Source: the human T2T-CHM13v2.0 reference genome, Homo sapiens. From it: a DNA stretch of 64,000 bases. Positions 29,461-44,600 of this stretch are shown piece after piece (position 1 is the first letter of the stretch; each line of letters starts with the position of its first letter). Location: assembly GCF_009914755.1 (NCBI RefSeq), contig NC_060940.1, one strand, 5' to 3'. Made by a program: the position numbers and the translations under genes. The notes beneath the pieces are model-generated. The model saw only the letters and a list, made by a program, of their open reading frames with translations. It was not told the origin of the DNA and ran no database searches.

Positions 29461-32400
29461 CTATGGTTCCACAGGTTTCCATTCGTGTCCATTCCATTAT
29501 TCCATTCTATTCCATTTGATGATGATTCCATTCGATTCCATTCATTGGTGATTCCACTCAATTCCATTCAATGATTCCATTCCATTTCTTTCAACAATGA
29601 TTCCATTAGTTTCTAATCGATGATCCACTTGATTCCATTTGACGACGATTCCATTCTTGTCCATTCGATGATTCCATTTGATTCCATATGATGATGATTC
29701 CATTCGATTCCATACCATGATGATTCCATTCGAGTCCATTCAATGGTGATTCCATTCAATTCCATTCGATGATTCCTTTTGATTCCATTCGATGATGATG
29801 GCATTCGATTCCTTTCAATCATTCCCTTTGATTCCATTCAAAGGTGATTTCATTCAAGTCCATTCGATAATTGCATTCGATTCCATTCTATGATGATTCC
29901 ATTCGAGTCCATTTGATGATTCCATTCAATTCAAGTCAATGATGATTCCATTCGATTCCATTCGATGATTCCATTGGATTCCATTCGATGATGATTCCAT
30001 TCAAATCCATTCGATAATTCAATTCAAGTCCATTCGATGATGATTCCAATCGAATCCATTCAAAGATTCCATTCAGTTCCATTCGATGATTCCCTTGGAT
30101 TCCATTCGATGATTCCACTTGATTGCATTTACGATGATTCCATTCGATTCCATGTGATGATTCCATTCAATTCTATTCAATGATGTCTCCATTTGATTCC
30201 ATTCGACCATGATTGCCTTTGATTCCATTCAATGATTCCATTCGGTTCCGTTTGATGATGATTCCGTTCGATTCCATTTGATGATTCCATTTGATTCCAT
30301 TGGATGAGTCCATTCGATTACATTCGATGATTATTCCATTCGAGTGCATTAGATGATTCCATTCGAGTCCATTCGATGATTCCATTCGATTCCATTCGAT
30401 GTTGATTCTGTTCAAATCCATTCGATGATTCCACTCGATTCCATTCGTTGACTCCATTTGATCCCATTCGATGATTTCCTTTGATTCCCTTTGATGATCA
30501 TTCCATTTGATTCAATTCGGTGATTTCATTTGATTCCATTCAGTGATGTTTCCATTCGACTCCATTCGATGATGATTCCATTCGACTCCATTCGATTATG
30601 ATTTCATTCAATTCCATTCGATAATGATTCCCTTCGAGTCCATTCGATGATTCCATTCGATTCCATTCAACGATGATTTGATTCGTGTCCATTCGATGAT
30701 TCCATTTGATTCCACTTGATGATGATTCCATTCGAGTCCATTTGATGATTCCATTCAATTCCATACTCCGATGATTTCTTTTGAGCCCACTCAATGCTTC
30801 CACTCGATTCCATATGATGATGACTCCATTCGATGAAATTCGATGATGATTCCATTCGCTTGCTTTCGATGATGATTCCACTTGAGTCCGTTAGAAGATT
30901 CTATTCAATTACATTCCAGGACGATTCCGTTCGAGTCCGTTTGATGATTCCATTAGACTCCATTCGACGATGATTCCATTCGATGTTATTCCATGATTCC
31001 ATTCGATCTCATTCGATGATGATTCCATTCAACTCCATTCGATGTTTCCATTCGAGTTCATTCTATTATTCCATTAGATTCCATTCGATGATGATTCCAT
31101 TCGATTCCATTTGATGATTGCATTCTATTTCATTTGATGATGATTCCATTCGAGTCCACTCGATGATTCCATTCGAGTCCATTTAATGAATCCATTGGTT
31201 TCAATTCTATGATGATTACATTGGATTCCATTCGTTGATGATTTCATTCAGTTCCATTCAATGATGATTCCATTCAATTCCTTTCAATGTTTCCATTCAA
31301 TTCCATACGATGATGATTCCATTTGATTTGATTCGACAGTGAGCCATTCGATTCAATTTCATGATGATTCTATTTATTCAATTGGTTGACATTTCCATTC
31401 GATTCCATTCGATGATGATTCCCTTTGATTCCATTCAAAGATGATTCCATTCTAGCCCATTCAATCATTCCATTCGATTCTATTCAATGATGATTCCATT
31501 CATGTCGATTTGGTGATTCCATTTGACTTCATTTGATGATGATTCCTTTCAAGTTCATTAGATGATTCCATTCGATTCCATTTGATGATGATCCCATTCG
31601 AGTCCATTCAGTGATTCCATTCGTTTCCATTCCATGATGATTCCATTCCTTTCCATTCAATGATTCCATTCGATTCCGTTTGATGATGATTTCATTCGAG
31701 TCCATTTGATGATTCCATTTGATTCCATTCGATGATGATTCCATTCGAGTCCATTCGATGATTCTATTCGAATCCATTTGATGATTTCTTTTGATTATAT
31801 TTGGTGATGATTCCATTGGAGTCCATTCAATGATTCCATTCTATTCCAATCGATGATGATTCCATTAGAGTCCATTTAATGATTCCATTTGATTCCAGTC
31901 TCTGATGATTACATTCGAGTCCATACGATGATTCCACTCAATTCCATATGATGATGATTCCATTTGATTCCATTCGGTGATTCCATTCTATTCTATTCAA
32001 TGGTGATTCCATTCGAGTACATTAGATGATTCCATTCGATTCCATTCAATGATGATTCTATTTGTGTCCCTTAGATGATTCCACATGATTCCATTAGATG
32101 ATGATACTATTTGAGCCCATCCAATGATTCCCTTCGATTCCATTCGATGAGGATTCCATTCGATTCAATTCATTGGTGATTCTATTCAATTCAATTCTTT
32201 GATTCCATTCCATTCCATTAGACAATGATTCCATTCGATTTCTTTCGATGATTCCACTCGATTCCACTTGACATTGATTCCATTCGATTCCATTCAATGA
32301 TTCCATTTGATTCCAGTGGATGATGATTGCCATCGATTCCATTCGATCACTCCATTCTATTCCATTTGATGATGATTACATTCGATTCCATTTGATGATT

Positions 32401-35400
32401 CCATCTGATTCTATTCGAGGATTCCATTTGATTCCATTCGATGATGATTCCATTCGAGTCCATTCGATGATTTCATTCAAGTACATCCAATGACTCCATT
32501 CGAGTCCATTAGATGATTCCATTTGATTCCATTTGAAAATGATTCTACTAGCGTCCATTCAATGACTCCATTCGATTCCATTCAACAATTCCATTCGACT
32601 CCATTCGATGATTCCATTCGATTCCATTTGATGGTTCCATTCGAGTCCATTTAATCATTACAGTCGAGTCCATTTGGTGATTCCACTGGATTTCTTTTGA
32701 TAATGATACCATTCAATTACATTTGATGATGATCCCATTCAATTTCATTTGATGATGATTCCATTAGAGTCCATTCGATGATTTCATTCGAGTCCCTTCA
32801 TTGATTCCATCCGATTTCATTGGATGATGACTCCATTCGAGTCCATTCGATGATTCCACTCGATTCCATTAGATGACTCCATTGGAGTCCATTTGATTGT
32901 TCCATTCGATTCCATTCGATTCCTTTCGAAGATTATTCCATTTGAGTCCATTCGATGATGATTCCATTCCATTCCATTCGATGATTCCGTTTGATTCCAT
33001 TCGATGATTCCCTTCGATTCCTTTCTTTGATGATTCCATTCCATTCCATTCAATGATTCCATTCGAATCTATTCCATGATGATTCCTTTCGATTCCATTC
33101 GCTGATGTTTCCGTTCAATTCCATTCGATGATGATTCCATTCGATTCCATTCATTGAGGATTCCATTTGATTCCATTCAATGATGATTCCATTCTATTCC
33201 ATTCAATGATTGCATTCAATTCCATTCATTGATTATCCCCTTAGAGTAAACTCAACGATTCCATTCAATACCATTCGATGATGATTCCTTTTGAGTCCAT
33301 TCAATGATTTCATTCAAGTCCATTTGATGATTCCTTTCAATTCCATTCTATGATGATTCCATTCGAGTCCATTCGATGATTCCATTCGATTGCATTCGAT
33401 GATTCCATTATATTCCATTCAACGATGATTCCATTCGAGTCCATTCGATGTTTCCACTAGAGTACATTTATTGATTGCTTTGTTTTCAATTCGAAGATGA
33501 TTACATTGGATTCCATTCTATGATACCATTCGATTCCATTCAATGATGATTCCACTCAAATCCATTGGATGATTCCATTCGCGTCCATTCGGTGATTTCA
33601 TTAGATTCCATTCGAGGATGATTCCATTCGATTCCATTCGATGATTCCATTCAATTCCATTCGATGATGATTCCATTCCAGTCCATATGATCATTCCATT
33701 TGATTTCATTCGATGATGATTCCATTCGATTCCATTCGACGATTCCATTCTATTCCATTCGATGATGATTCCATTCGAGTCCATTCGATCAATCCATTCG
33801 AGTCCATTTAATGATTCCATTGGGTTCAATTCAATGATGATTACATTGGATTCCGTTCTATGATTCCATTCAATTCCGTTCATTGACAATTTGATTCCAT
33901 TCGATGATGATTCCATTTGAGTTCATTCGATGATTCTATTCGATTCTCTTCGATGGTGATTCAATTCTATTATATTGGATGATTCCATTCGATTCCATTT
34001 GATGTTGATTCAATTCGATTCTATTCGATGATGATTCCATTGGATTTCACTTGATGATTCTATTCGATTCCATTCAATGATGATTCACTTCTCGTCCATT
34101 GGATGATTCCATTTCATTCCATTCGATGATGATTCCATTCGATTCCATTCGTTGATTCCATTTGATTCCATGCGACGGTGAGCAATTCGATTCAATTCCA
34201 TGATGATTCTATTTGATTCAATTAGATGATGTTTCCATTCGAATCCATTCCATGATTATTCCATTGGAATCCATTCGGCGATGATTCCATATGAGTCAAT
34301 TCAATGATGATTCCATATGGGTCCGTTCGATGATAATTCCATTTGATTTCATTCGATGCTTCTATTCTATTCCAGTCGGTGATGATTCCGTTGGAGTCCA
34401 TACGATGATTCCATTTGATTTCATTTGATGATGATTCCATTCGATGATGATTACATTGGATTCCATTCTATGATTCCATTCAATTCCATTCGTTGATGAT
34501 TCGATTCCATTCAATGATGATTCCATTTGAGTTCATTCGATGATTCTATTCGATTCCGTTCGATGGTGATTCAATTCTATTATATTGGATGATTCCACTC
34601 GATTCCATTTGATGATTATTCCATTGGAGTCCACTTAGTGAATCCTTTAGATTCTACTCGACGATGATTCCATTCGAGTCCATTCGATGATACCATTCAA
34701 TTCCATTCGTTGATGCTTCCATTCAAGTGCATTCGATGATATCATTCGATTCCATTTGATGATAATTCCATTTGATTCCATGCGATGATTCTATTCGATT
34801 CCATTCAATGATAATTCCATTCAATTCAGTGATTCCTCTGGACTCCATTTGATGATGATTCCATTCAATGATTCCATTCGATTCTATTCGAAAATGATTC
34901 CATTTGAATCCATTTGATGATGATTCCATTAGATTCCATTTGATGATTCCATTCGATTCCATTCGACGATGATTCCATTCGATTCCGTTTGATGATTCCA
35001 TTCTATTCTATTCGATGATGATTCCATTCGATTCCATTCGATGATGATTGGATTCGATTCCATTTGATGATTTCATTTGATTCCATTCGTTAATGATTTC
35101 GATCAATTCCATTCGATGATTCCATTCGATTCCATTCGATAATGATTACATCCGAGTCCATTCGATGATTCCATTGGAGCCTGTTCGATAATTCCATTTG
35201 AGTCCAACCAATGATTCCATTCATTTCCATTCAATGATTCCATTCGAGTCCATTTGATCATTCCGGTAGGGTCCATTCGATGTTGATTCCATTGGAGTGC
35301 ATTCGATGATTCCATTCGAGTCCATTTTAGGATTTGATTCGAGTCCTTTCGATGATTCCATTCGATTCCACTCGATGATGATTTCATTCGAGTCCATTCG

Positions 35401-35571
35401 ACACTTCCAATCGATTCCATTTGATGATTCCATTCGAGTCCAATTGATGATTCCATTCAATTCCATTCGATGATGATTCCGTACGATTCCATTCTGTGAT
35501 GATTCCATGTGATTGCATTCAATGATGATTCCTTTCGATTGCATTCGATTATGATTCATTTCGTGTTCATT
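29461..35571 (+). repeat. HSat2 higher-order unit 6 (6111 bp, mosaic, 49-bp segment present)
   Basis: Landmarks at 29461 and 35572 (the latter is the variant CTATGGTTCAACAGG); paralogous ORFs at 29542 and 35653. Confidence 0.9.
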
Positions 35572-38500
35572 CTATGGTTCAACAGGTTTCCATTCGTGTC
35601 CATTCCATTATTCCATTCTATTCCATTTGATGATGATTCCATTCGATTCCATTCATTGGTGATTCCACTCAATTCCATTCAATGATTCCATTCCATTTCT
35701 TTCAACAATGATTCCATTAGTTTCTAATCGATGATCCACTTGATTCCATTTGACGACGATTCCATTCTTGTCCATTCGATGATTCCATTTGATTCCATAT
35801 GATGATGATTCCATTCGATTCCATACCATGATGATTCCATTCGAGTCCATTCAATGGTGATTCCATTCAATTCCATTCGATGATTCCTTTTGATTCCATT
35901 CGATGATGATGGCATTCGATTCCTTTCAATCATTCTCTTTGATTCCATTCAAAGGTGATTTCATTCAAGTCCATTCGATAATTGCATTCGATTCCATTCT
36001 ATGATGATTCCATTCGAGTCCATTTGATGATTCCATTCAATTCAAGTCAATGATGATTCCATTCGATTCCATTCGATGATTCCATGGGATTCCATTCGAT
36101 GATGATTCCATTCAAATCCATTCGATAATTCAATTCAAGTCCATTCGATGATGATTCCAATCGAATCCATTCAAAGATTCCATTCAGTTCCATTCGATGA
36201 TTCCCTTAGATTCCATTCGATGATTCCACTTGATTGCATTTACGATGATTCCATTCGATTCCATGTGATGATTCCATTCAATTCTATTCAATGATGTCTC
36301 CATTTGATTCCATTCGACCATGATTGCCTTTGATTCCATTCAATGATTCCATTCGGTTCCGTTTGATGATGATTCCGTTCGATTCCATTTGATGATTCCA
36401 TTGGATTCCATTGGATGAGTCCATTCGATTACATTCGATGATTATTCCATTCGAGTGCATTAGATGATTCCATTCGAGTCCATTCGATGATTCCATTCGA
36501 TTCCATTCGATGTTGATTCTGTTCAAATCCATTCGATGATTCCACTCGATTCCATTCGTTGACTCCATTTGATCCCATTCGATGATTTCCTTTGATTCCC
36601 TTTGATGATCATTCCATTTGATTCAATTCGGTGATTTCATTTGATTCCATTCAGTGATGTTTCCATTCGACTCCATTCGATGATGATTCCATTCGACTCC
36701 ATTCGATTATGATTTCATTCAATTCCATTCGATAATGATTCCCTTCGAGTCCATTCGATGATTCCATTCGATTCCATTCAACGATGATTTGATTCGTGTC
36801 CATTCGATGATTCCATTTGATTCCACTTGATGATGATTCCATTCGAGTCCATTTGATGATTCCATTCAATTCCATACTCCGATGATTTCTTTTGAGCCCA
36901 CTCAATGCTTCCACTCGATTCCATATGATGATGACTCCATTCGATGAAATTCGATGATGATTCCATTCGCTTGCTTTCGATGATGATTCCACTTGAGTCC
37001 GTTAGAAGATTCTATTCAATTACATTCCATGACGATTCCGTTCGAGTCCATTTGATGATTCCATTAGACTCCATTCGACGATGATTCCATTCGATGTTAT
37101 TCCATGATTCCATTCGATCTCATTCGATGATGATTCCATTCAACTCCATTCGATGTTTCCATTCGAGTTCATTCTATTATTCCATTAGATTCCATTCGAT
37201 GATGATTCCATTCGATTCCATTTGATGATTGCATTCTATTTCATTTGATGATGATTCCATTCGAGTCCACTCGATGATTCCATTCGAGTCCATTTAATGA
37301 ATCCATTGGTTTCAATTCTATGATGATTACATTGGATTCCATTCGTTGATGAATTCATTCGGCTCCATTCAATGATGATTCCATTCAATTCCTTTCAATG
37401 TTTCCATTCAATTCCATACGATGATGATTCCATTTGATTTGATTCGACAGTGAGCCATTCGATTCAATTCCATGATGATTCTATTTGATTCAATTGGTTG
37501 ACATTTCCATTCGATTCCATTCGATGATGATTCCCTTTGATTCCGTTCAAAGATGATTCCATTCTAGCCCATTCAATCATTCCATTCGATTCTATTCAAT
37601 GATGATTCCATTCATGTCGATTTGGTGATTCCATTTGACTTCATTTGATGATGATTCCTTTCAAGTTCATTAGATGATTCCATTCGATTCCATTTGATGA
37701 TGATCCCATTCGAGTCCATTCAGTGATTCCATTCGTTTCCATTCCATGATGATTCCATTCCTTTCCATTCAATGATTCCATTCGATTCCGTTTGATGATG
37801 ATTTCATTCGAGTCCATTTGATGATTCCATTTGATTCCATTCGATGATGATTCCATTCGAGTCCATTCGATGATTCTATTCGAATCCATTTGATGATTTC
37901 TTTTGATTATATTTGGTGATGATTCCATTGGAGTCCATTCAATGATTCCATTCGATTCCAATCGATGATGATTCCATTAGAGTCCATTTAATGATTCCAT
38001 TTGATTCCAGTCTCTGATGATTACATTCGAGTCCATACGATGATTCCACTCAATTCCATATGATGATGATTCCATTCGATTCCATTCGATGATTCCATTC
38101 TATTCTATTCAATGGTGATTCCATTCGAGTACATTAGATGATTCCATTCGATTCCATTCAATGATGATTCTATTTGTGTCCCTTAGATGATTCCACATGA
38201 TTCCATTAGATGATGATACTATTTGAGCCCATCCAATGATTCCCTTCGATTCCATTCGATGAGGATTCCATTCGATTCAATTCATTGGTGATTCTATTCA
38301 ATTCAATTCTTTGATTCCATTCCATTCCATTCGACAATGATTCCATTCGATTTCTTTCGATGATTCCACTCGATTCCACTTGACATTAATTCCATTCGAT
38401 TCCATTCAATGATTCCATTTGATTCCAGTGGATGATGATTGCCATCGATTCCATTCGATCACTCCATTCTATTCCATTTGATGATGATTACATTCGATTC

Positions 38501-41500
38501 CATTTGATGATTCCATCTGATTCTATTCGAGGATTCCATTTGATTCCATTCGATGATGATTCCATTCGAGTCCATTCGATGATTTCATTCGAGTACATCC
38601 AATGATTCCATTCGTGTCCATTTGATGATTCCATTTGTTTCCATTTGATTATGATTCTACTAGAGTCCATTCAATGACTCCATTCGAGTGCATTCAACAA
38701 TTCCATTCGACTCCATTCGATGATTGCATTCGATTCCATTTGATGATTCCATTCGAGTCCATTTAATCATTACAGTCGAGTCCATTTGGTGATTCCACTG
38801 GATTTCTTTTGATAATGATACCATTCCATTACATTTGATGATGATCCCATTCAATTTCATTTGATGATGATTCCCTTAGAGTCCATTCGATGATTTCATT
38901 CGAGTCCTTTCATTGATTCCATCCGATTTCATTTGATGATGACTCCATTCGAGTCCATTCGATGATTCCACTCGATTTCATTAGATGATTCCATTGGAGT
39001 CCATTTCATTGTTCCATTCGATTCCATTCGATTCCTTTCGAAGATTATTCCATTTGAGTCCATTCGATGATGATTACATTCCATTCCATTCGATGATTCC
39101 ATTTGATTCCATTTGATGATTCCCTTCGATTCCTTTCTTTGATGACTGCATTCCATTCCATTCAATGTTTCCATTCGAATCTATTCCATGATGATTCCTT
39201 TCGATTCCATTCGCTGATGTTTCCGTTCAATTCCATTCGATGATGATTCCATTCGATTCCATTCATTGAGGATTCCATTTGATTCCATTCAATGATGATT
39301 CCGTTCTATTCCATTCAATGATTGCATTCAATTCCATTCAATGATTATCCCATTAGAGTAAACTCAACGATTCCATTCAATACCATTCGATGATGATTCC
39401 TTTTGAGTTCATTCAATGATTTCATTCAAGTCCATTTGATGATTCCTTTCAATTCCATTCTATGATGATTCCATTCGAGTCCATTCGATGATTCCATTCG
39501 ATTGCATTCCATGATTCCATTATATTCCATTCAACGGTGATTCCATTCGAGTCCATTCGATGATTCCATTAGAGTACATTTAATGATTGCTTTGTTTTCA
39601 ATTCGAAGATGATTACATTCGATTCCATTCTATGATACCATTCGATTCCATTCAATGATGATTCCACTCAAATCCATTGGATGATTCCATTCGTGTCCAT
39701 TCGGTGATTTCATTAGATTCCATTCGAGGATGATTCCTTTCGATTCCATTCGATGATTCCATTCAATTCCATTCGATGATGATTCCATTCGAGTCCATAT
39801 GATCATTCCATTTGATTTCATTCGATGATGATTCCATTCGATTCCATTCGATGATTCCATTCTATTCCTTTCGATGATGATTCCATTCGAGTCCATTCGA
39901 TGATTCCATTCGAGTCCATTTAATGATTCCATTGGGTTCAATTCGATGATGATTACATTGGATTCCGTTCTATGATTCCATTCAATTCCGTTCATTGACA
40001 ATTTGATTCCATTCGATGATGATTCCATTTGAGTTCATTCGATGATTCTATTCGATTCTCTTCGATGGTGATTCAATTATATTATATTGGATGATGCCAT
40101 TCGATTCCATTTGATGTTGATTCAATTCGATTCTATTTGATGATGATTCCATTGGATTTCACTTGATGATTCTATTCGATTCCATTCAATGATGATTCAC
40201 TTCTCGTCCATTGGATGGTTCCATTTCATTCCATTCGATGATGATTCCATTCGATTCCATTCGATGATTCCATTTGATTCCATTCGACGGTGACCAATTC
40301 GATTCAATTCCATGATGATTCTATTTGATTCAATTAGATGATGTTTCCATTCGAATCCATTCCATGATTATTCCATTGGAATCCATTCGGCGATGATTCC
40401 ATATGAGTCAATTCAATGATGATTCCATATGGGTCCGTTCGATGATAATTCCATTTGATTTCATTCGATGCTTCTATTCAATTCCAGTTGATGATGATTC
40501 CGTTGGAGTCCATACGATGATTCCATTTGATTTCATTTGATGATGATTCCATTCGATTCCATTCGATGATGATTACATTGGATTCCATTCTATGATTCCA
40601 TTCAATTCCATTCGTTGATGATTCGATTCCATTCAATGATGATTCCATTTGAGTTCATTCGATGATTCTATTCGATTCCGTTCGATGGTGATTCAATTCT
40701 CTTATATTGGATGATTCCACTCGATTCCATTTGATGATTATTCCATTGGAGTCCACTTAGTGAATCCTTTAGATTCTACTCGACGATGATTCCATTCGAG
40801 TCCATTCGATGATACCATTCAATTCCATTCGTTGATGCTTCCATTCAAGTGCATTCGATGATATCATTCGATTCCATTTGATGATAATTCCATTTGATTC
40901 CATGCGATGATTCTATTCGATTCCATTCAATGATAATTCCATTCAATTCAGTGATTCCTCTGGACTCCATTTGATGATGATTCCATTCAATGATTCCATT
41001 CGATTCTATTCGAAAATGATTCCATTTGAATCCATTTGATGATGATTCCATTAGATTCCATTTGATGATTCTATTCGATTCCATTCGACGATGATTCCAT
41101 TCGATTCCATTTGATGATTCCATTCTATTCTATTCGATGATGATTCCATTCGATTCCATTCGATGATGATTGGATTCGATTCCATTTGATGATTTCATTT
41201 GATTCCATTCGATAATGATTTTGATCAATTCCATTCGATGATTCCATTCGATTCCATTCGATAATGATTACATCCGAGTCCATTCGATGATTCCATTTGA
41301 GCCCGTTCGATAATTCCATTTGAGTCCAATCAATGATTGCATTCATTTCCATTCAATGATTCCATTCGAGTCCATTTGATCATTCCGGTAGGGTCCGTTC
41401 GATGTTGATTCCATTGGAGTGCATTCGATGATTCCATTCGAGTCCAATTTATGATTTGGTTCGAGTCCTTTCGATGATTCCATTCGATTCCACTCGATGA

Positions 41501-41693
41501 TGATTTCATTCGAGTCCATTCGACACTTCCAATCGATTCCATTTGATGTTTCCTTTCGAGTCCAATTGATGATTCCATTCAATTCCATTCGATGATGATT
41601 CCGTACGATTCCACTCTGTGATGATTCCAAGTGATTGCATTCAATGATGATTCCTTTCGATTGCATTCGATTATGATTCATTTCGTGTTCATT
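35572..41693 (+). repeat. HSat2 higher-order unit 7 (6122 bp; transition into the homogeneous block)
   Basis: Paralogous ORFs at 35653 and 41775. It has +1 bp at ~37487 and +10 bp at ~40551-40560 relative to unit 6. Confidence 0.9.
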
Positions 41694-44600
41694 CTATGGT
41701 TCCACAGGTTTCCATTCGTGTCCATTCCATTATTCCATTCTATTCCATTTGATGATGATTCCATTCGATTCCATTCATTGGTGATTCCACTCAATTCCAT
41801 TCAATGATTCCATTCCATTTCTTTCAACAATGATTCCATTAGTTTCTAATCGATGATCCACTTGATTCCATTTGACGACGATTCCATTCTTGTCCATTCG
41901 ATGATTCCATTTGATTCCATATGATGATGATTCCATTCGATTCCATACCATGATGATTCCATTCGAGTCCATTCAATGGTGATTCCATTCAATTCCATTC
42001 GATGATTCCTTTCGATTCCATTCAATGATGATGGCATTCGATTCCTTTCAATCATTCCCTTTGATTCCATTGAAAGGTGATTTCATTCAAGTCCATTCGA
42101 TAATTGCATTCGATTCCATTCTATGATGATTCCATTCGAGTCCATTTGATGATTCCATTCAATTCAAGTCAATGATGATTCCATTCAATTCCATTCGACG
42201 ATTCCATTGGATTCCATTCGATGATGATTCCATTCAAATCCATTCGATAATTCAATTCAAGTCCATTCGATGATGATTCCAATCGAATCCATTCAAAGAT
42301 TCCATTCTGTTCCATTCGATGATTCCCTTAGATTCCATTCGATGATTCCACTTGATTGCATTTACGATGATTCCATTCGATTCCATGTGATGATTCCATT
42401 CAATTCTATTCAATGATGTCTCCATTTGATTCCATTCGACCATGATTGCCTTTGATTCCATTCAATGATTCCATTCGGTTCCGTTTGATGATGATTCCGT
42501 TCGATTCCATTTGATGATTCCATTTGATTCCATTGGATGAGTCCATTCGATTACACTCGATGATTATTCCATTCGAGTGCATTAGATGATTCCATTCGAG
42601 TCCATTCGATGATTCCATTCGATTCCATTCGATGTTGATTCTGTTCAAATCCATTCGATGATTCCACTCGATTCCATTCGTTGACTCCATTTGATCCCAT
42701 TCGATGATTTCCTTTGATTCCCTTTGATGATCATTCCATTTGATTCAATTCGGTGATTTCATTTGATTCCATTCAGTGATGTTTCCATTCGACTCCATTC
42801 GATGATGATTCCATTCGACTCCATTCGATTATGATTTCATTCAATTCCATTCGATAATGATTCCCTTCGAGTCCATTCGATGATTCCATTCGATTCCATT
42901 CAACGATGATTTGATTCGTGTCCATTCGATGATTCCATTTGATTCCACTTGACGATGATTCCATTCGAGTCCATTTGATGATTCCATTCAATTCCATACT
43001 CCGATGATTTCTTTTGAGCCCACTCAATGCTTCCACTCGATTCCATATGATGATGACTCCATTCGATGAAATTCGATGATGATTCCATTCGCTTGCTTTC
43101 GATGATGATTCCACTTGAGTCCGTTAGAAGATTCTATTCAATTACATTCCATGACGATTCCGTTCGAGTCCATTTGATGATTCCATTAGACTCCATTCGA
43201 CGATGATTCCATTCGATGTTATTCCATGATTCCATTCGATCTCATTCGATGATGATTCCATTCAACTCCATTCGATGTTTCCATTCGAGTTCATTCTATT
43301 ATTCCATTAGATTCCATTCGATGATGATTCCATTCGATTCCATTTGATGATTGCATTCTATTTCATTTGATGATGATTCCATTCGAGTCCACTCGATGAT
43401 TCCATTCGAGTCCATTTAATGAATCCATTGGTTTCAATTCTATGATGATTACATTGGATTCCATTCGTTGATGAATTCATTCGGCTCCATTCAATGATGA
43501 TTCCATTCAATTCCTTTCAATGTTTCCATTCAATTCCATACGATGATGATTCCATTTGATTTGATTCGACAGTGAGCCATTCGATTCAATTCCATGATGA
43601 TTCTATTTGATTCAATTGGTTGACATTTCCATTCGATTCCATTCGATGATGATTCCCTTTGATTCCGTTCAAAGATGATTCCATTCTAGCCCATTCAATC
43701 ATTCCATTCGATTCTATTCAATGATGATTCCATTCATGTCGATTTGGTGATTCCATTTGACTTCATTTGATGATGATTCCTTTCAAGTTCATTAGATGAT
43801 TCCATTCGATTCCATTTGATGATGATCCCATTCGAGTCCATTCAGTGATTCCATTCGTTTCCATTCCATGATGATTCCATTCCTTTCCATTCAATGATTC
43901 CATTCGATTCCGTTTGATGATGATTTCATTCGAGTCCATTTGATGATTCCATTTGATTCCATTCGATGATGATTCCATTCGAGTCCATTCGATGATTCTA
44001 TTCGAATCCATTTGATGATTTCTTTTGATTATATTTGGTGATGATTCCATTGGAGTCCATTCAATGATTCCATTCGATTCCAATTGATGATGATTCCATT
44101 AGAGTCCATTTAATGATTCCATTTGATTCCAGTCTCTGATGATTACATTCGAGTCCATACGATGATTCCACTCAATTCCATATGATGATGATTCCATTCG
44201 ATTCCATTCGATGATTCCATTCTATTCTATTCAATGGTGATTCCATTCGAGTACATTAGATGATTCCATTCGATTCCATTCAATGATGATTCTATTTGTG
44301 TCCCTTAGATGATTCCACATGATTCCATTACATGATGATACTATTTGAGCCCATCCACTGATTCCCTTCGATTCCATTCGATGAGGATTCCATTCGATTC
44401 AATTCATTGGTGATTCTATTCAATTCAATTCTTTGATTCCATTCCATTCCATTCGACAATGATTCCATTCGATTTCTTTCGATGATTCCACTCGATTCCA
44501 CTTGACATTGATTCCATTCGATTCCATTCAATGATTCCATTTGATTCCAGTGGATGATGATTGCCATCGATTCCATTCGATCACTCCATTCTATTCCATT

